DNA from: Octopus sinensis
Lineage: Eukaryota
Direction: 5' to 3'
DNA length: 64,000 nt
Assembly: GCF_006345805.1 (NCBI RefSeq)
Contig: NC_043004.1
Location: forward strand, 93,868,001-93,932,000
Part shown: piece by piece, positions 39,577-52,256 of the stretch
Layout: the number at the start of each line of letters is the position of its first letter
Position numbering within the stretch: the stretch's first letter is position 1
Position numbers and translations under genes: made by a program
The notes under the pieces: model-generated
The model's input: only the letters and a program-made list of their open reading frames with translations
Databases searched by the model: none
Told to the model about the DNA's origin: nothing

Positions 39577-39986
39577 GTTGTTTGACCTTAACCAGTTGAG
39601 CAGTCCTTAGTGGCTGACGATATGTGCATCTCTGATCACGAGCAGAAGTAGTGGGGGAGCATCATAGCCATGTGTTGAGAGGGATTCTCTGGGGTTTGAA
39701 TAATTCACCTCTGGAAACATGGGGGGGTTCTTTCAACATCCTTAAACAACCCTTATCAGGGACCTTTTGAGCGGGATGGGCTACTCGACCTGAAGAAAAT
39801 TCTAACTGGCCCCCCCTGCAAGGTCGTGCGCTGTTTACCATGATATGAGATCACCATCTCGCGCACATATGGTTGTGATGCATGTGCCTGGTGTACCCTT
39901 ATCAGACGGGTAGTCATGATGGGTATATTGGGCTTCGTATATTTTACCCCAGTGTCACTTTGATGGCATGAACTGCTCTCTCACTC
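39577..39986 (+). mobile_element. Probable LINE 3' UTR embedded in (TAA/TGA)n, possibly R4/Dong-like
   Basis: Non-coding block ending CTGCTCTCTCACTC(AAT)n, with trinucleotide arrays on both sides. Clade inferred from target preference only. Confidence 0.45.
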
Positions 39987-40068
<82 letters not shown>

Positions 40069-40089
40069 CTGATGATGATGATGATAATA

Positions 40090-40305
40090 ATCCTTTCTAC
40101 TGGTGGCACAAGGCCTCACATTTGTTGAGAGGGGACAAATCGATTACATAGACCTCATTGTTTTACTGGTACTTGATTCATCTACCCCGAAAGGATGAAA
40201 GGCAAAATCGACCTCGGTAGAATTTGAACTCATATTGTAAAGGCAGACCAAATGCTGATAAGCATTTTTCCCGGCGTGCTGACGAATCTCCCAGCTCGCC
40301 GCCTT
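40090..40305 (-). mobile_element. SINE B2
   Basis: Full match. Confidence 0.85.
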
Positions 40306-40318
40306 TTTAATAATAATA

Positions 40319-40365
<47 letters not shown>

Positions 40366-41076
40366 TAATAATAGCTGCAGCTTATTGCTCAAGAAAATGA
40401 AATAGATTAAAATAATGAACGCCCTCTTTTTGTCTTAGAGGAGAAAGGGCTCTACTTATGACGTTTTCAGGGCCCCTGGCACAAGTAAAGGGAAGGAAAG
40501 ACCCGATCCCAATATTGGAAACCGAGTTCAAACGCTTTCAATAGAGGAATTTCTATAAAGGCACTCAAGGGTCAGGCGGTATTGTTGAATCGAATAAGGG
40601 ATTTATTCAACCACTCAAAAACGATAGGCTCCCTCTGATAGGCTTTTCCAGAGATCTCGTTGACCATATTTCATTCACAGTGCATTGTTCTGCCAGATAC
40701 TCTGTTAGTGGATACTAGACCAAGATATCAGCACAGAGTCAAACCCGAGTCATGTGAAGCGAAATTCTTAACCATACAGCCAGGGTGCGCTTATGCTGTG
40801 CTTTAACAAATGCCAGTTTTGTGGGTGGCCCTGAAATTAGCTTACTAGGGTTAGAATGATGAATGTCTCTGTGACAGAATACATTCTAATCTCGAGCGTA
40901 ACCTGCGACAAAAGAATTGATTTCACGTTCATATGCTAATACCCAAAGACCGCCTAAGCACCTAATATGTTTTATATGTTAAGGAACACAGAGGGACGCC
41001 TATTATATAGTAATTGGCGCTCCCTTTTATAATTAACTTCTAACCTAATGACGTAAACGCCGTTAAGCAAAATAAC

Positions 41077-41123
<47 letters not shown>

Positions 41124-41266
41124 CAATAACAATAACAATAATCTATAGTAACAATAATAGCTATGCTTTCTTTTGTTAGCACAAGGGCATGGTAGGGGTA
41201 CTACAAGGACAACATACAAGACACGTTGGTCGGGCTACATTAGATATGATAGGAAGACGACAAATG

Positions 41267-41311
<45 letters not shown>

Positions 41312-42108
41312 TTGAGATATCACACATAATCAGCCATTATCAAAGGTCAAGGGCAAAAGGTCAGTGGAAATAGATTATCATGTTGCTTATAACGGTCCAC
41401 CAATCCTTTTAATTACATTTCCCCGGCCCTTTAATTGGATTTCCTGTTCTTTTCAATCGTTTGATCGTGATTCTCTTTCCGGTTCCAGAATAGTTTTTTT
41501 GCAATATTGCAAATGACTTTAACAACTGTGACATGAATAATTTTTTTACCCAGACCACCCAGCTACATAATACTGGCAAAAAATGGCTTGACGGATTAAA
41601 TACAAGTGTTGAAATACCTACCAGGTTGCGGTTAGTGTAATGAAATCCACTGCGTATTTTGGGCTTGTTTTTCCTTAAAACATCCATTCCGGCATACCTT
41701 GGGGTCTTTAGAGAGAGGATACAGCCTGTGATTGACTAACACCATGCTCCAGGGCCATGGGTCCCTTCGGGTCCATGGCATGTAAACTGATGCTATGGTA
41801 AATAACAAAACCTTTTTGAAAGCAAGGTTTCCTAGAGATTTACAAACATTTACATCTTTCGGGTTCTTTCAAGAGATGAAATTTAATCCTCTAGATCGGA
41901 GTGGGGAAAATTGCAAGAATAAAAAATAATTTTAAAAAATTAAATAAATAATTAAATTTAGGTTTGGGCGCAGTTTTGTGGTGAACAATTTACTAAAACG
42001 CTTGATTATAGGTTCGATCAGATTGTAGCTTTCTCTTAATCAATAAACTGCGGGCTGAAACTGGTATACAGAAACTGTACAGAAGACTATATATATATAT
42101 ATATATAA

Positions 42109-42957
42109 CAATAAGTATCTTGACTGTTGCCATAGTAACGAAGCTAAATCACGCAGAGTAAAGGAGCTTGTTACAGATTGACTGAACTTGAAATCTGCTG
42201 TGCATGCGCTCTAAGTTATGACGTTCTAACTCACTTCCGCTGATTACACCAGTGCTTGGAAGGAAGGTGTGTTGACAATGACAGAGAAAGTTGAGCAGAG
42301 AATCTGCATCAAATTTTGACTAAAGCTTGGTGATACCGGCTCAGAGTCCTACGCAAAGTTTTCAAAAAGTTTCCATCGTTCTCGATACAGTCAAGGAGAG
42401 CTTTACAATTGATACCCGAGTGTCTTTTTGGTCAACTGAAAACAGTTTTGGCACAAACTTGGCAGAAACGCGTCTCATGCCCAAGTCTTTAGTGATAACG
42501 AACTGAACTGAACCGTAACTAATCTACACCTCCTCTAATAACACACGGATGGTGATTCGATGATTCCCTCTTACAGCTGCACGCATATCTGCAATGTTTT
42601 TCTCAGTTCTGCTGGTTGCCGGTCTCCCAGAATGTTCGTCCATATCGACATTTTTTCGCCTCTCTTGGAAACGTCTAAACCAGTCGTACACTTGTGCACG
42701 GCTCATACACTCCTCTCCATACACTTTCTGCAACTATGCGTAGGTCACTGAGCAGGTGTCGCCATGACAACTTTCTCCGCCATGGTCAATGTGACTATTA
42801 CACGTTACACATATTACTTCGAATGAGCTAGAACATTAAAACTTAGTTCACATGCACAGCAGAGTCCAATGTCAATTTATGCCGAGCGGCTTCACTCTGC
42901 GTGCTTCAGCTTCGTTACTATAGCAACAGTCCGAATACTTATTGATCAGACCTCGTG
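42109..42957. mobile_element. Mariner relic made of two 5' halves fused in inverted orientation
   Basis: Plus strand: ATG 42278, MTEKVEQRICIKF*LKLG. Minus strand: ATG 42783, QKVYGEECMSRAQVYDWFRRF..SGRP..RITIR..KDLGMRRVSAKFVPKL. Both ends carry CAATAAGTAT..GACTGTTGC(C/T)ATAGTAACGAAGCT. Confidence 0.88.
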
Positions 42958-42958
42958 C

Positions 42959-43012
<54 letters not shown>

Positions 43013-43125
43013 ATATAATAAAGTCAAAATGAGGGTGAAAAAAATTGGATATTAATTTAATAACATCAGTTTAAACACCAGTGGTCTAGCGCATAAAAGA
43101 CTGAGATTCAGTAAATATTATTAAT

Positions 43126-43255
43126 ACAAATATGAGAGAGAATCCACTATGTGGACGCTCTTACGCTAGATATAGATCCGCAAAGGGTTGAGTCCCTTGC
43201 GGAATCTATATCTAGCGTAAGAGCGTCCACATAGGGCATTTTCTCTCATATTTGT
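43126..43255. repeat. Hairpin, ~62-bp arms, 6-nt loop, next to (TA)n
   Basis: CTATGTGGACGCTCTTACGCTAGATATAGAT pairs with ATCTATATCTAGCGTAAGAGCGTCCACATAG; several mismatches in the outer part. Confidence 0.92.
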
Positions 43256-43265
43256 GTATATATAT

Positions 43266-43355
<90 letters not shown>

Positions 43356-43519
43356 ATATATATACATACACACCCACATACATAATGCATATCTATCTAT
43401 CTATATATATACAAGAAAAAAGAAAATGGAGTAGTACTGATGAACAACAATTGACTTACATCACTTACTATTTATCAATTCAACTTCTCCCTTACCTTTT
43501 TATTCTTTACTCTGTAAGA

Positions 43520-43675
43520 GTAATATGTGTAATATGGTAATAGTGTAACGTGTAATAGTAACATCGACCATGGCGGAGAAAGGTGCCATGGCGACACCTA
43601 CGCATAGTTGCAGAAAGTGTAGGGAGAACAGTGTATGAGCCGTACACAAGTGTACGACTGGTTTAGACGTTTCCA
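43520..43675 (+). mobile_element. Mariner 5' fragment, inverted copy of ~42655-42815
   Basis: CCTACGCATAGTTGCAGAAAGTGTA..CAAGTGTACGACTGGTTTAGACGTTTCCA. Confidence 0.85.
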
Positions 43676-44609
43676 TTCTTCACTCTGACGAAGCTCCTTG
43701 TTTCAGATCGATATTGGTGATATATCTTCTGTTTTACCTGCTGCAATACAATGAAGGCTGTTGTTGTTGATGTTGGTGGTGGTGGTGGTGGTGGTGGTGT
43801 TGTTTGAGATAGTAGTGGTGACGGTGGTGGTAACGGTTGTAGTTGTGGTGGTGGTCATGGTAGTGTTGGTAGTAGTGCTGGTGGTGGTGGTGTTTGATAT
43901 AATAGTGGTGATGGTGGTGGTAATGGTTGTGGTTGTGGTGGTAATGGTTGTGGTTGTAGTGGTGGTGGCGGTGTTTACCTCCGACGTCTGCCCAAAACAA
44001 ATATTTCTTTTTTTTTTTTGCAGTCATTTCTCCGTTCTTTTTTTAAAATTTTTCTCTTTTTTTTTTCAACATATTGCCTCTGAGATATAACGAAGATTCG
44101 ATTCATATCGAAGTCAATTTTAATATTGGATTTACAAGGGCCCAAATCAGTGGTTCCCAACAGAAGTTAATTTGACAGTTGGAGGTCCATGTAAGATTGC
44201 TTTAAGATCTATCTGCCATCGGTTCAGGTGTAGTTGTGTGGTAAGAAGATTGCTTCCCAACCACATGGTTCCACGTTCAGTCTCAGAAAGAAGCCCGTTG
44301 TGTGCGTATCTTTTTATCTTATATTAAACTTTTTAATACTTTTTGATAGTTATATATATTTTAAAAAAATAATAAATAAATATATAATTTAAAAAAATAA
44401 AAAATATAAAAAATAAAAATAAAATATATATATATATATATAAATTTATAAGTATAAATTGATAATAAAAAAAATTATTTTAACTTAAATTAAATAATTA
44501 AATTTGAATTTTATATTTATATATTTTGTATATTAGATTAATTAGTTTTATTTCTATGTTTTGGTTTATGTTTTTCACTGTTTGATTTGCCTAATAGTGG
44601 TTTTATCTC

Positions 44610-44664
<55 letters not shown>

Positions 44665-44779
44665 GAGAGAGAAGAGAGAGAGGGGGGGTTATGAGAGGTA
44701 ATGGTCTCAATAAGATCCCAAGGTGTCAGGTAATGCTGAGTAAGTGCTATGGGAAGACAAAATAGTTAAGCCCCAGGTT

Positions 44780-44945
44780 CGGTGATTATGCGAATGAGGA
44801 TACAATATCTCACGTCTATTTTCATTCCTCCACTTCACTCTCTATTTCATATTTAATCTAGAATAACTATTGTTTAACCATTTTCTCACGCCGTCTCCGA
44901 AGAAGGAATATATAAAATATCCCGGAAACAGCTGTAAGACTTATC
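44780..44945 (+). mobile_element. PLE-like terminal fragment with decayed hammerhead-like motif
   Basis: gtct-CCGAAGA-A-GGA..TCC-CG-GAAA-CAGCTG-TA-agac at 44893-44940. Confidence 0.45.
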
Positions 44946-45140
44946 TATAAATGTTCTGAAATGACCTAGGTCACTTTATCGTGCGTGTGTATTATTTATC
45001 AACATTTTTCAAATATCCGAAGTTAATTTTTTGACGTATTACTAGATTTTAGGGTTTTGCACCGGGAAATAAACACATACATACATCTATATATGAATGT
45101 CTATTTACACACACGTATGTATGTATGTTTGTATGTATGC

Positions 45141-45189
<49 letters not shown>

Positions 45190-45194
45190 TATAT

Positions 45195-45225
<31 letters not shown>

Positions 45226-45639
45226 GTATGTATATACACTCACACACATAGTGTGCGAAAGCAAGGATGTAAGGAGAGAGAAAAAGAGAGAAGAGAGGAG
45301 AGGAGAGATATAAATATACGTGTGCGTGCGTACGTGTGTGTGTCTGTGTTTGTGTGCGTGTGTATATTTTTTTACCGGTGTAAAACTATATAACTTCAAA
45401 AAAGAGTAGCTATAAGTATTCGATAGAAATCGATAAAATAAATGCGAAATTGAAATATATAGTGGAATCAATAAGATCGATTATATCCTTCAAAGCTGTT
45501 TCTTTGCATGACTGCAATCCTCTTATTGGAACCACAAATAATCGAATGTTTCTCCTTAACCTAAGATACGAACGGTTAAAACAACTGTTTGCCTACAACC
45601 AATTGATACGCATTTCAGATATACCTTGTAAATATCGAT

Positions 45640-46095
45640 TCCAAATTTTGGTACAAGGCCAGCAAGTTCGAAGAAGTGGGTAAGTCAGTTACATCGATCC
45701 CAGTACTCAACTGGCACTTGTTTTATCTACCCCGAAGGGATAAAAATCAATGTTGACCTAGGCGGAATTTGAACTCAGAACGTAAAGATGGACGAAAGGC
45801 TGCGAAATATTTTGTCCGGCGTGTTAACCGTTCTGCCAGCTCAGGGCTTTCTACATAATTATACATTAGTTTCAAATTATAGCGCAAGACCAGAAAATTC
45901 GTGGTGGTGTGTGTGGGTGGGGGGACAGCTAGTCGATTACATCGATCCCAGTACTCAACCGATACTTATTTTATCGGCCCCGAAAGGATAAAATTCAAAG
46001 CCGACTTTGACGGGATTTGAACTCAGAATGTAAAGACAGACGAAATGCTGCGCAGCATTGCCCGGCATGTTAATAGTCCTGCCAGTTCACCGTCT
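45640..46095 (-). mobile_element. Two tandem SINE B2 copies
   Basis: TACATCGATCCCAGTACTCAAC..GAATTTGAACTCAGAA occurs twice. Confidence 0.8.
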
Positions 46096-47449
46096 TATCC
46101 ATCGTAATTAGAACGAAAATTGTGGGATTTGTGGTGACTCGAACTCACGTCTACTTATTGACGCTTTGTTAAATGACCTCGACATTGTGTTCCTTGAACA
46201 AAAGCTACTATATACATTAACATCCTTATATCAACACGCCGCTTCCGTCGAATGTTAAGTTTCTTTTGAATGCCAGCATATGTGTAATTCATGTCTCGTC
46301 TGTGTATTTTCATTTGACTTAAACGTGATTAGAATTTGAAATCTTTAATTTAATGCTTTCTTTGTAATTAAATCGTCTTACGCAATCGCAAAACCTTAGA
46401 AGCTTATGGCGAGAAGTGTCGAAAGGAAATTAAATGATTTAACGTAAAAGTTTCCATAACAGTTACTCCTGCTTGACTTATGAGACAGAACAAGATTTAC
46501 AGAGTTATTCCAATCGTTATCGGAGGTTATTCAAATCAGTTCTTTCCCTGGCTACTACAGCTGCCAAAATCTTAGAATGAAGATTTAACTTTAAACTCTT
46601 AGGTTTACTGATACGTATTTATTGATCCAGAGCGTTAATTGACCCGGTGCGATTTAAACTAATAATGCCTGGCCTCTAAAATATCATAAAGCATAACTAC
46701 TAAGTATACAGCTCCCATCTAAACACCTGATGCATTCACTTCTCACGCACTAAAACAATTTCCTGGATGTCTGTCCCTATTTTTCTCTTGTATATGTAAC
46801 ACACAAAGGCTCGCACACACACATGTATGTATGTATGTATGTATGTATGTATGTATGTATGTATGTATGTATGCATGTATGTATGTATGTTTGTATGTAT
46901 GTATGTACGTATGTATGTATGTATGTATGTATGTATGTATGTATGTATGTGTGTATGTATGTATGCATGTATGTATGTTTGTATGTATGCGTGTATGTAT
47001 ACATATATGTATGTGTGTGTGTATGTATATATATGTGTGTGTATGTGTGTGTGTTTAATTAAGAAACTTTCAAGAGAACGTGAAATAATTCTTCTTTAAA
47101 ACGGTGAATCTTGAAAGCAGATAAAGCTATAAACAATAGTATATAAATATTGGGTTAAGAACACTTTGGACAAAAATAATCGAAGGCTGCCTGTTGGACG
47201 CGAACCCATATTTCCTGTAAACATGACAGGCTTTCTACCATTAAAACATCCAAAAGCCAGATTCGTTTTCACCAGCTCCTGGATTACATTATATACACCC
47301 ATAAATACATCTGTACACAATACATGTTGGTGAAGCGGACGAAGGAACCTTTGCATGGCCACTTAAAAGAATAGAAATAGTTATTTCCTCCTGAAGCCAC
47401 GCCTCATTTTTTTATTGCTAAATTATCTAGTGTACTCTGAAAATAGTGG

Positions 47450-47660
47450 TTTCAAATTTAAGTTCTGGGTCAGCAATTTTAGTGGGAGGATATTAGTAGA
47501 TTATATGAGCCCAGTACTCGACTGGGACTTTATTTCATCTACTCCGAAAAGATGAAAAGCAAAGTTGACCTCGGCAGAATTTGAGCTCGAACGTAAAGTG
47601 CCGGAAGAAATGTCGCTACGCATTTTGTCTGATGCTTTAATGATTCTGCCAGCTCTCCGA
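47450..47660 (-). mobile_element. SINE B2, degraded
   Basis: GATGAAAAGCAAAGTTGACCTCGGCAGAATTTGAGCTCG..GATTCTGCCAGCTC. Confidence 0.7.
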
Positions 47661-48057
47661 CTTGTTCTCTAGAAATAATGATGTTTAGAATCATTGTGAT
47701 CATAGTCTGATCAAGGCTAATCATAAGCTAAACAATAACAAGAACGTCAACAACACCAATAGGATATCTCTGATACAATATCATTATGTAGTTCAAAGAC
47801 AGAATACGACGAATTTTATTTGTAAACATTGAAAACTTAAGTAAATAGACAAAATAAACAAAGAGAAAAAGTTATGAAAACTGTTTATTCTTATCATGTA
47901 TGATGGTTTATTAACAGTGTATGTGTGTGTATGTGTGTGTATGTGTGTGTATGTGTGTATGTGGTGGTGGGAAGGTTGTGCGCATAGGCGCAGCTGCGGC
48001 CACAGGTTCGATCCCATTGCACGATATTAGAAGCTGTATCTTGTTTTCGTCTCCGAT

Positions 48058-48311
48058 GGACAGTTGATTGAATTTGCGTAGGTGGACAGTTGATCGAATG
48101 TACTCAAATGGACAATTGATCGAATTTGATCTAGCGAAAAATTGATCGAATTTGCTCTAGCAGACAATTATCCAAATTTACTCAAATGAACAATTGATCG
48201 AATTTGCGCAGGTGGACAGCAGATCGAATTTGTTCAATTTAGCGGACCTTTGGTTGAATTTGTTCAAATGAACAATTGATCGATTTTGCTCCAGTGGAGA
48301 ATTAATCAAAT
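48058..48311. repeat. 26-bp minisatellite (GGACAATTGATCGAATTTGCTCAAAT-like), ~10 units, running into the gap
   Basis: TTGATCGAATTT recurs at 26-bp spacing. Confidence 0.88.
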
Positions 48312-48411
48312 NNNNNNNNNNNNNNNNNNNNNNNNNNNNNNNNNNNNNNNNNNNNNNNNNNNNNNNNNNNNNNNNNNNNNNNNNNNNNNNNNNNNNNNNN
48401 NNNNNNNNNNN
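48312..48411. other. Assembly gap (100 N)
   Basis: Exactly 100 N, a typical placeholder of unknown true size. Confidence 0.99.
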
Positions 48412-48698
48412 ACCAGACCACGTGTACCCTTAACGTAGTTCTCGGGGATATTCAGCGTGACACAGAGAGTGACACAGCCGGCCCTTTGAAATACAGGTAC
48501 AACAGAAACAGGAAGTAAGAGTGAGAGAAAGTTGTGGTGAAAGAGTACAGCAGGGATCACCACCATCCCCTGCCGGAGCCTCGTGGAGCTTTAGGTGTTT
48601 TCGCTCAATAAACACTCACAACGCCCAGTCTGGGAATCGAAACCGCGATCCTATGACCGCGAGTCCGCTGCCCTAACCACTGGGCCATTGCGCCTCCA
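48412..48698 (-). mobile_element. SINE A2, 3' end lost in the gap
   Basis: Highly similar to 30340-30621. Confidence 0.9.
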
Positions 48699-48938
48699 CT
48701 TTCAAATGGATAACATCGGTGGCGTTGAGAGGGGAGGCTAGTACACATGGGTGATTGCTGGTCTTCCATAAACAACATTATCCGGACTTATGCCTCGGAG
48801 GGTAACGTTCTTGGTGCAATCTCATGGTCATTCATGACCGAAGGAGGGTCTTTACTTTTTTACCAACTACAGCCAAGATATCGAGCGGAATTGTTTCTTT
48901 CTCTAGTCATTTATTCGAATCTATCTATCTAATATTTG
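48699..48938 (+). repeat. 240-bp segment duplicated at 55269-55508 (SINE D tail plus unique flank)
   Basis: Identity extends ~85 bp beyond the SINE end (TTTTTTACCAACTACAGCCAAGATATCG..CTAATATTTG). Confidence 0.9.
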
Positions 48939-48943
48939 CATTG

Positions 48944-49570
48944 GCATCGGAGTGGATGCGTGTAAGTAGCTGGCGTACCACCACATGGTTCCGGGTTCAG
49001 TCCCACTGCGTGGCAACTTGGACAAGTGTCTTCTGCTGTAGCCTCGGGCCGACCAAAGCCTTGTGAGTGGATTTGGTAGACGGACTGAAGAAGCTTGTTT
49101 GGTTTGTATGTAATTTATTTATGTATGGTATGTATGTATGTATTATGTATGTATGTAGTATGTATGTATGTATGTAGTTATGTATGTATGTATGTATGTA
49201 TTATGTATGTATGTATGTATGTATGTATTATTGTTATGTAATGTATGTATGTATGTATGTATGTATGGTATGTATGTATGTCTGTATGTATGTATGTATG
49301 TATGTATTATGTATGTATGTATGTATGTATGTATGTATGTATGTATGTATGTATGTTTCTGTGTCTGTATTTATCCCCCCAACATCGCTTGACAACTGAT
49401 GCTGGTGTGTTTACATCTCCGTAACTTAGCGGTTCGGCAAAAGAGACCGATAGAATAAGTACTAGGCTTACAAAGAATAAGCCCCGGGGTCGATTTGCTC
49501 AACTGAAGGCGGTGCTCCACCATGGCCACAGTCAAATGACTGAGACAAGTAAAAGAGTAAAAGAGTAAAG
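48944..49570 (+). mobile_element. SINE C with expanded internal (TATG)n
   Basis: Head ~48944-49100, microsatellite to ~49355, C tail to 49570. Confidence 0.88.
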
Positions 49571-49943
49571 TTACAAAAGCTGCCATTTCTAGTAAATCTG
49601 GAGACTGCGTAGTGGTGGTCCCACAGGATCCTGAGTTTTATTGCTTTCTTTTTTCTTTTTCTATTTTTTTTTGTTGTCTTTTTGTGGTTATATCGTACAA
49701 TAAATAAAGAACCTACTAAAAAGAAGGATGTGTCATCGCAATTACACTTCATCTCTACCCACAAACTACGTCAGTTATTAAATACCCTCACAATATACCC
49801 GACACTCATCCGGATATTTTTTCACCAGAGCTCCTTCCTTTTGCCCAACAGATCGAATTAGTTAATTGTTTCATAAACTCGGATCAATTTTCTTTTTTCT
49901 GCTTTGATTCGTGATTCAGTCTTCCATCGAAGGAATTGATTGC

Positions 49944-49956
49944 TTGTTGTTGTTGC

Positions 49957-49987
<31 letters not shown>

Positions 49988-50111
49988 CGTGGCTATGGTG
50001 GTGACGTTGGTGGTAGGGAGGAGAATGATGATGATAATGATGATGATGAGGGGAAGAAGATGATGATAATGATGGTGATGATGATGATGATGACGAGAAT
50101 GATAATGATGG

Positions 50112-50149
<38 letters not shown>

Positions 50150-50262
50150 GTGACGAGGATGATAATGATGGTGATGATGATGATGATGATGATGGTGACG
50201 AGGATGATAATGATGGTGATGATGATGATGAAGATGATGAAAATGATGATGATGATGATGAA

Positions 50263-50293
<31 letters not shown>

Positions 50294-50512
50294 GTGACGA
50301 GGATGATAATGATGGTGATGATGATGATGATGATAACGACGACAGTGGAGATGATAATGATGATGATGAAGGGAGGGAGGTGATGATGATAAGGATGGTG
50401 ATGATGATGATGATAATGATGGTGACGACGAAGTTGATTGTTGTGATCTGCTCATGATTGTGGTGGCAGTGGTAGTAACAACGATGACGACGACGATGAC
50501 GATGGTGATAAT
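49944..50512. repeat. (TGT)n/(GAT)n compound microsatellite
   Basis: Visible directly; source of the poly-H/S/M ORFs. Confidence 0.95.
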
Positions 50513-50912
50513 GGCTGTCGTTGTGACCAGAAGTTGTATAAATATTATAGGAATATTTTGCGTGTGAATCTGCTCTTCTGTTCGAAACCGTGTGTACGCT
50601 TGAGTATCTCTGTATTTGAACGTGTAAATGTGTGTATGTGTTTGTGTGTGTGTGTGCTGTGTGTGTGTGTATGTGTGTGTTTGTGTGTGTGTGCGTGTGT
50701 GTGTGTGTGTGTGCGTGTGTGTGTGTGTGTTTGTGTGTATGCATGTGTGTGTTGTGTGTGTGTGTGTGTGTGTGTTGTGTGTATGTGTGTCTGTTGAGGC
50801 GAGAGACAAGGAGGTAAAGCTATTCATCACTATTTGCGGTAGAAGAATTTCTACCTGGAATTGTTGCTCTTAAAAGTGCAATTCTTTCTTTCACTTTCCC
50901 ATCTTTCTCTCT

Positions 50913-50963
<51 letters not shown>

Positions 50964-51159
50964 CTTTATATGAGGAGAATAAGAACAAAAAGGAAGCGAT
51001 GAAATAATGTGGGTATATATTTACTTGCGAGTATGCATTCATGCGTGCATAAATGTGCGCATGAGTGCATGTTTGTATGCATGTATATGTGCACGTGTGT
51101 GTATGAATATGTATGTACGTGAGAAATATATAGAGATATTATACATATATATATATATT

Positions 51160-51222
51160 ATCAAAATAAGCAACAAGGATATCCAGAGGGTACTTCTGGA
51201 TATCCATGTTGCTTATTTTGAT
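51160..51222. repeat. Hairpin, 28-bp arms, 7-nt loop, next to (TA)n
   Basis: ATCAAAATAAGCAACAAGGATATCCAGA pairs with TCTGGATATCCATGTTGCTTATTTTGAT; one mismatch. Confidence 0.92.
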
Positions 51223-51359
51223 TTTAAATACCTTACTTTGATTTTGTATGGATAATACGGTACTAAATTCTGGTGCCTCAACTTGAGTACTATATTCATC
51301 TGAATCTATGTATATATATATATATACATGCATGTAAGAATGTATGCATATATATGTAT

Positions 51360-51775
51360 GCGAGTGGCTGTGTGGTAAGTAGCTTGCTAACCAGCCACAT
51401 GGTTCCGGGTTCAGTCCCACTGCGTGACATCTTGGGCAGGTGTCTTCTGCTTTAGCCCCGGGCCGACCAATGCCTTGTGAGTGGATTTGGTAGACGGAAG
51501 CTCAAAGAAGCCTGTCGTATATATGTATATATAAATATATATATGTATGTGTGTTTGTGTGTCTGTGTTTGTTCCCCTAGCATTGCTTGACAACCAATGC
51601 TGGTGTGTCTACGTCCCCGTAACTTAGCGGTTCGGCAAAAAGAGACCGATAGAATAAGTACTGGGCGTACAAAAAGAATAAGTCCCGGGGTCGAGTTGCT
51701 CGACTAAAGGCGGTGCTCCAGCATGGCCGCAGTCAAATGACTGAAACAAGTAAAATAGTAAAAGAGTAAAGAGTA
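51360..51775 (+). mobile_element. SINE C, full length
   Basis: Same subfamily variants as 37659-38083. Confidence 0.92.
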
Positions 51776-52256
51776 TATATATATACGCAATTGTTTCCGT
51801 GAGTATGTGTATGTATTACGTATGTATGCATGTATGTATGTATGTAAGCATGTATAAATGTATGTATGTTTTATATGTATATTTGTATGTGTGAAAAGTA
51901 GAGGGAGAGAAAGAGGTTATGTGAAAAGTGAGTGTATGTATATGCACGTGATTGCATATGAAAGAGAGGAGATGGTGATGGGGGCAAAATGCGGAGGTTG
52001 AATGCGGGGATGGAGAAGTTTTGTATGAGAATTTATATGCTTGCATGTAAGTGTATGTGTGTAAGGTAATGTGTGTGGGACGAGAGCAGAATGAGAAAAT
52101 GGGAGCGGCATGGGAAAGGTGTTAAAACACAAAGGTTGTATATCAGTATCTGTGTCTGTATATGCGTGTATGTGTGTATGTGTGTATACATACATATGTA
52201 TGTGTGTGTATATATATATATATAAGTATAAGGATGAAAAGGGACACACGAGTTGA

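Noticed and set aside
41490-41616. Possible exon (..NDFNNCDMNNFFTQTTQLHNTGKKWL..)
   Set aside because: The strongest acceptor puts TAG in frame, the donor GTTGCG is weak, and no homology is recognised.
42655-43675. One large palindrome centred near 43170-43190
   Set aside because: The inverted mariner pieces and the 43126-43255 hairpin are roughly concentric, but the sequence between them is not symmetric.
48058-48311. Possible CRISPR-like array (also the 12350-13230 satellite)
   Set aside because: Tandem units without unique spacers, eukaryotic context, no cas genes.
49884-50830. 286-, 304- and 147-aa poly-S/H/M ORFs
   Set aside because: All arise from the (GAT)n and (GT)n microsatellites, which lack stops in several frames.
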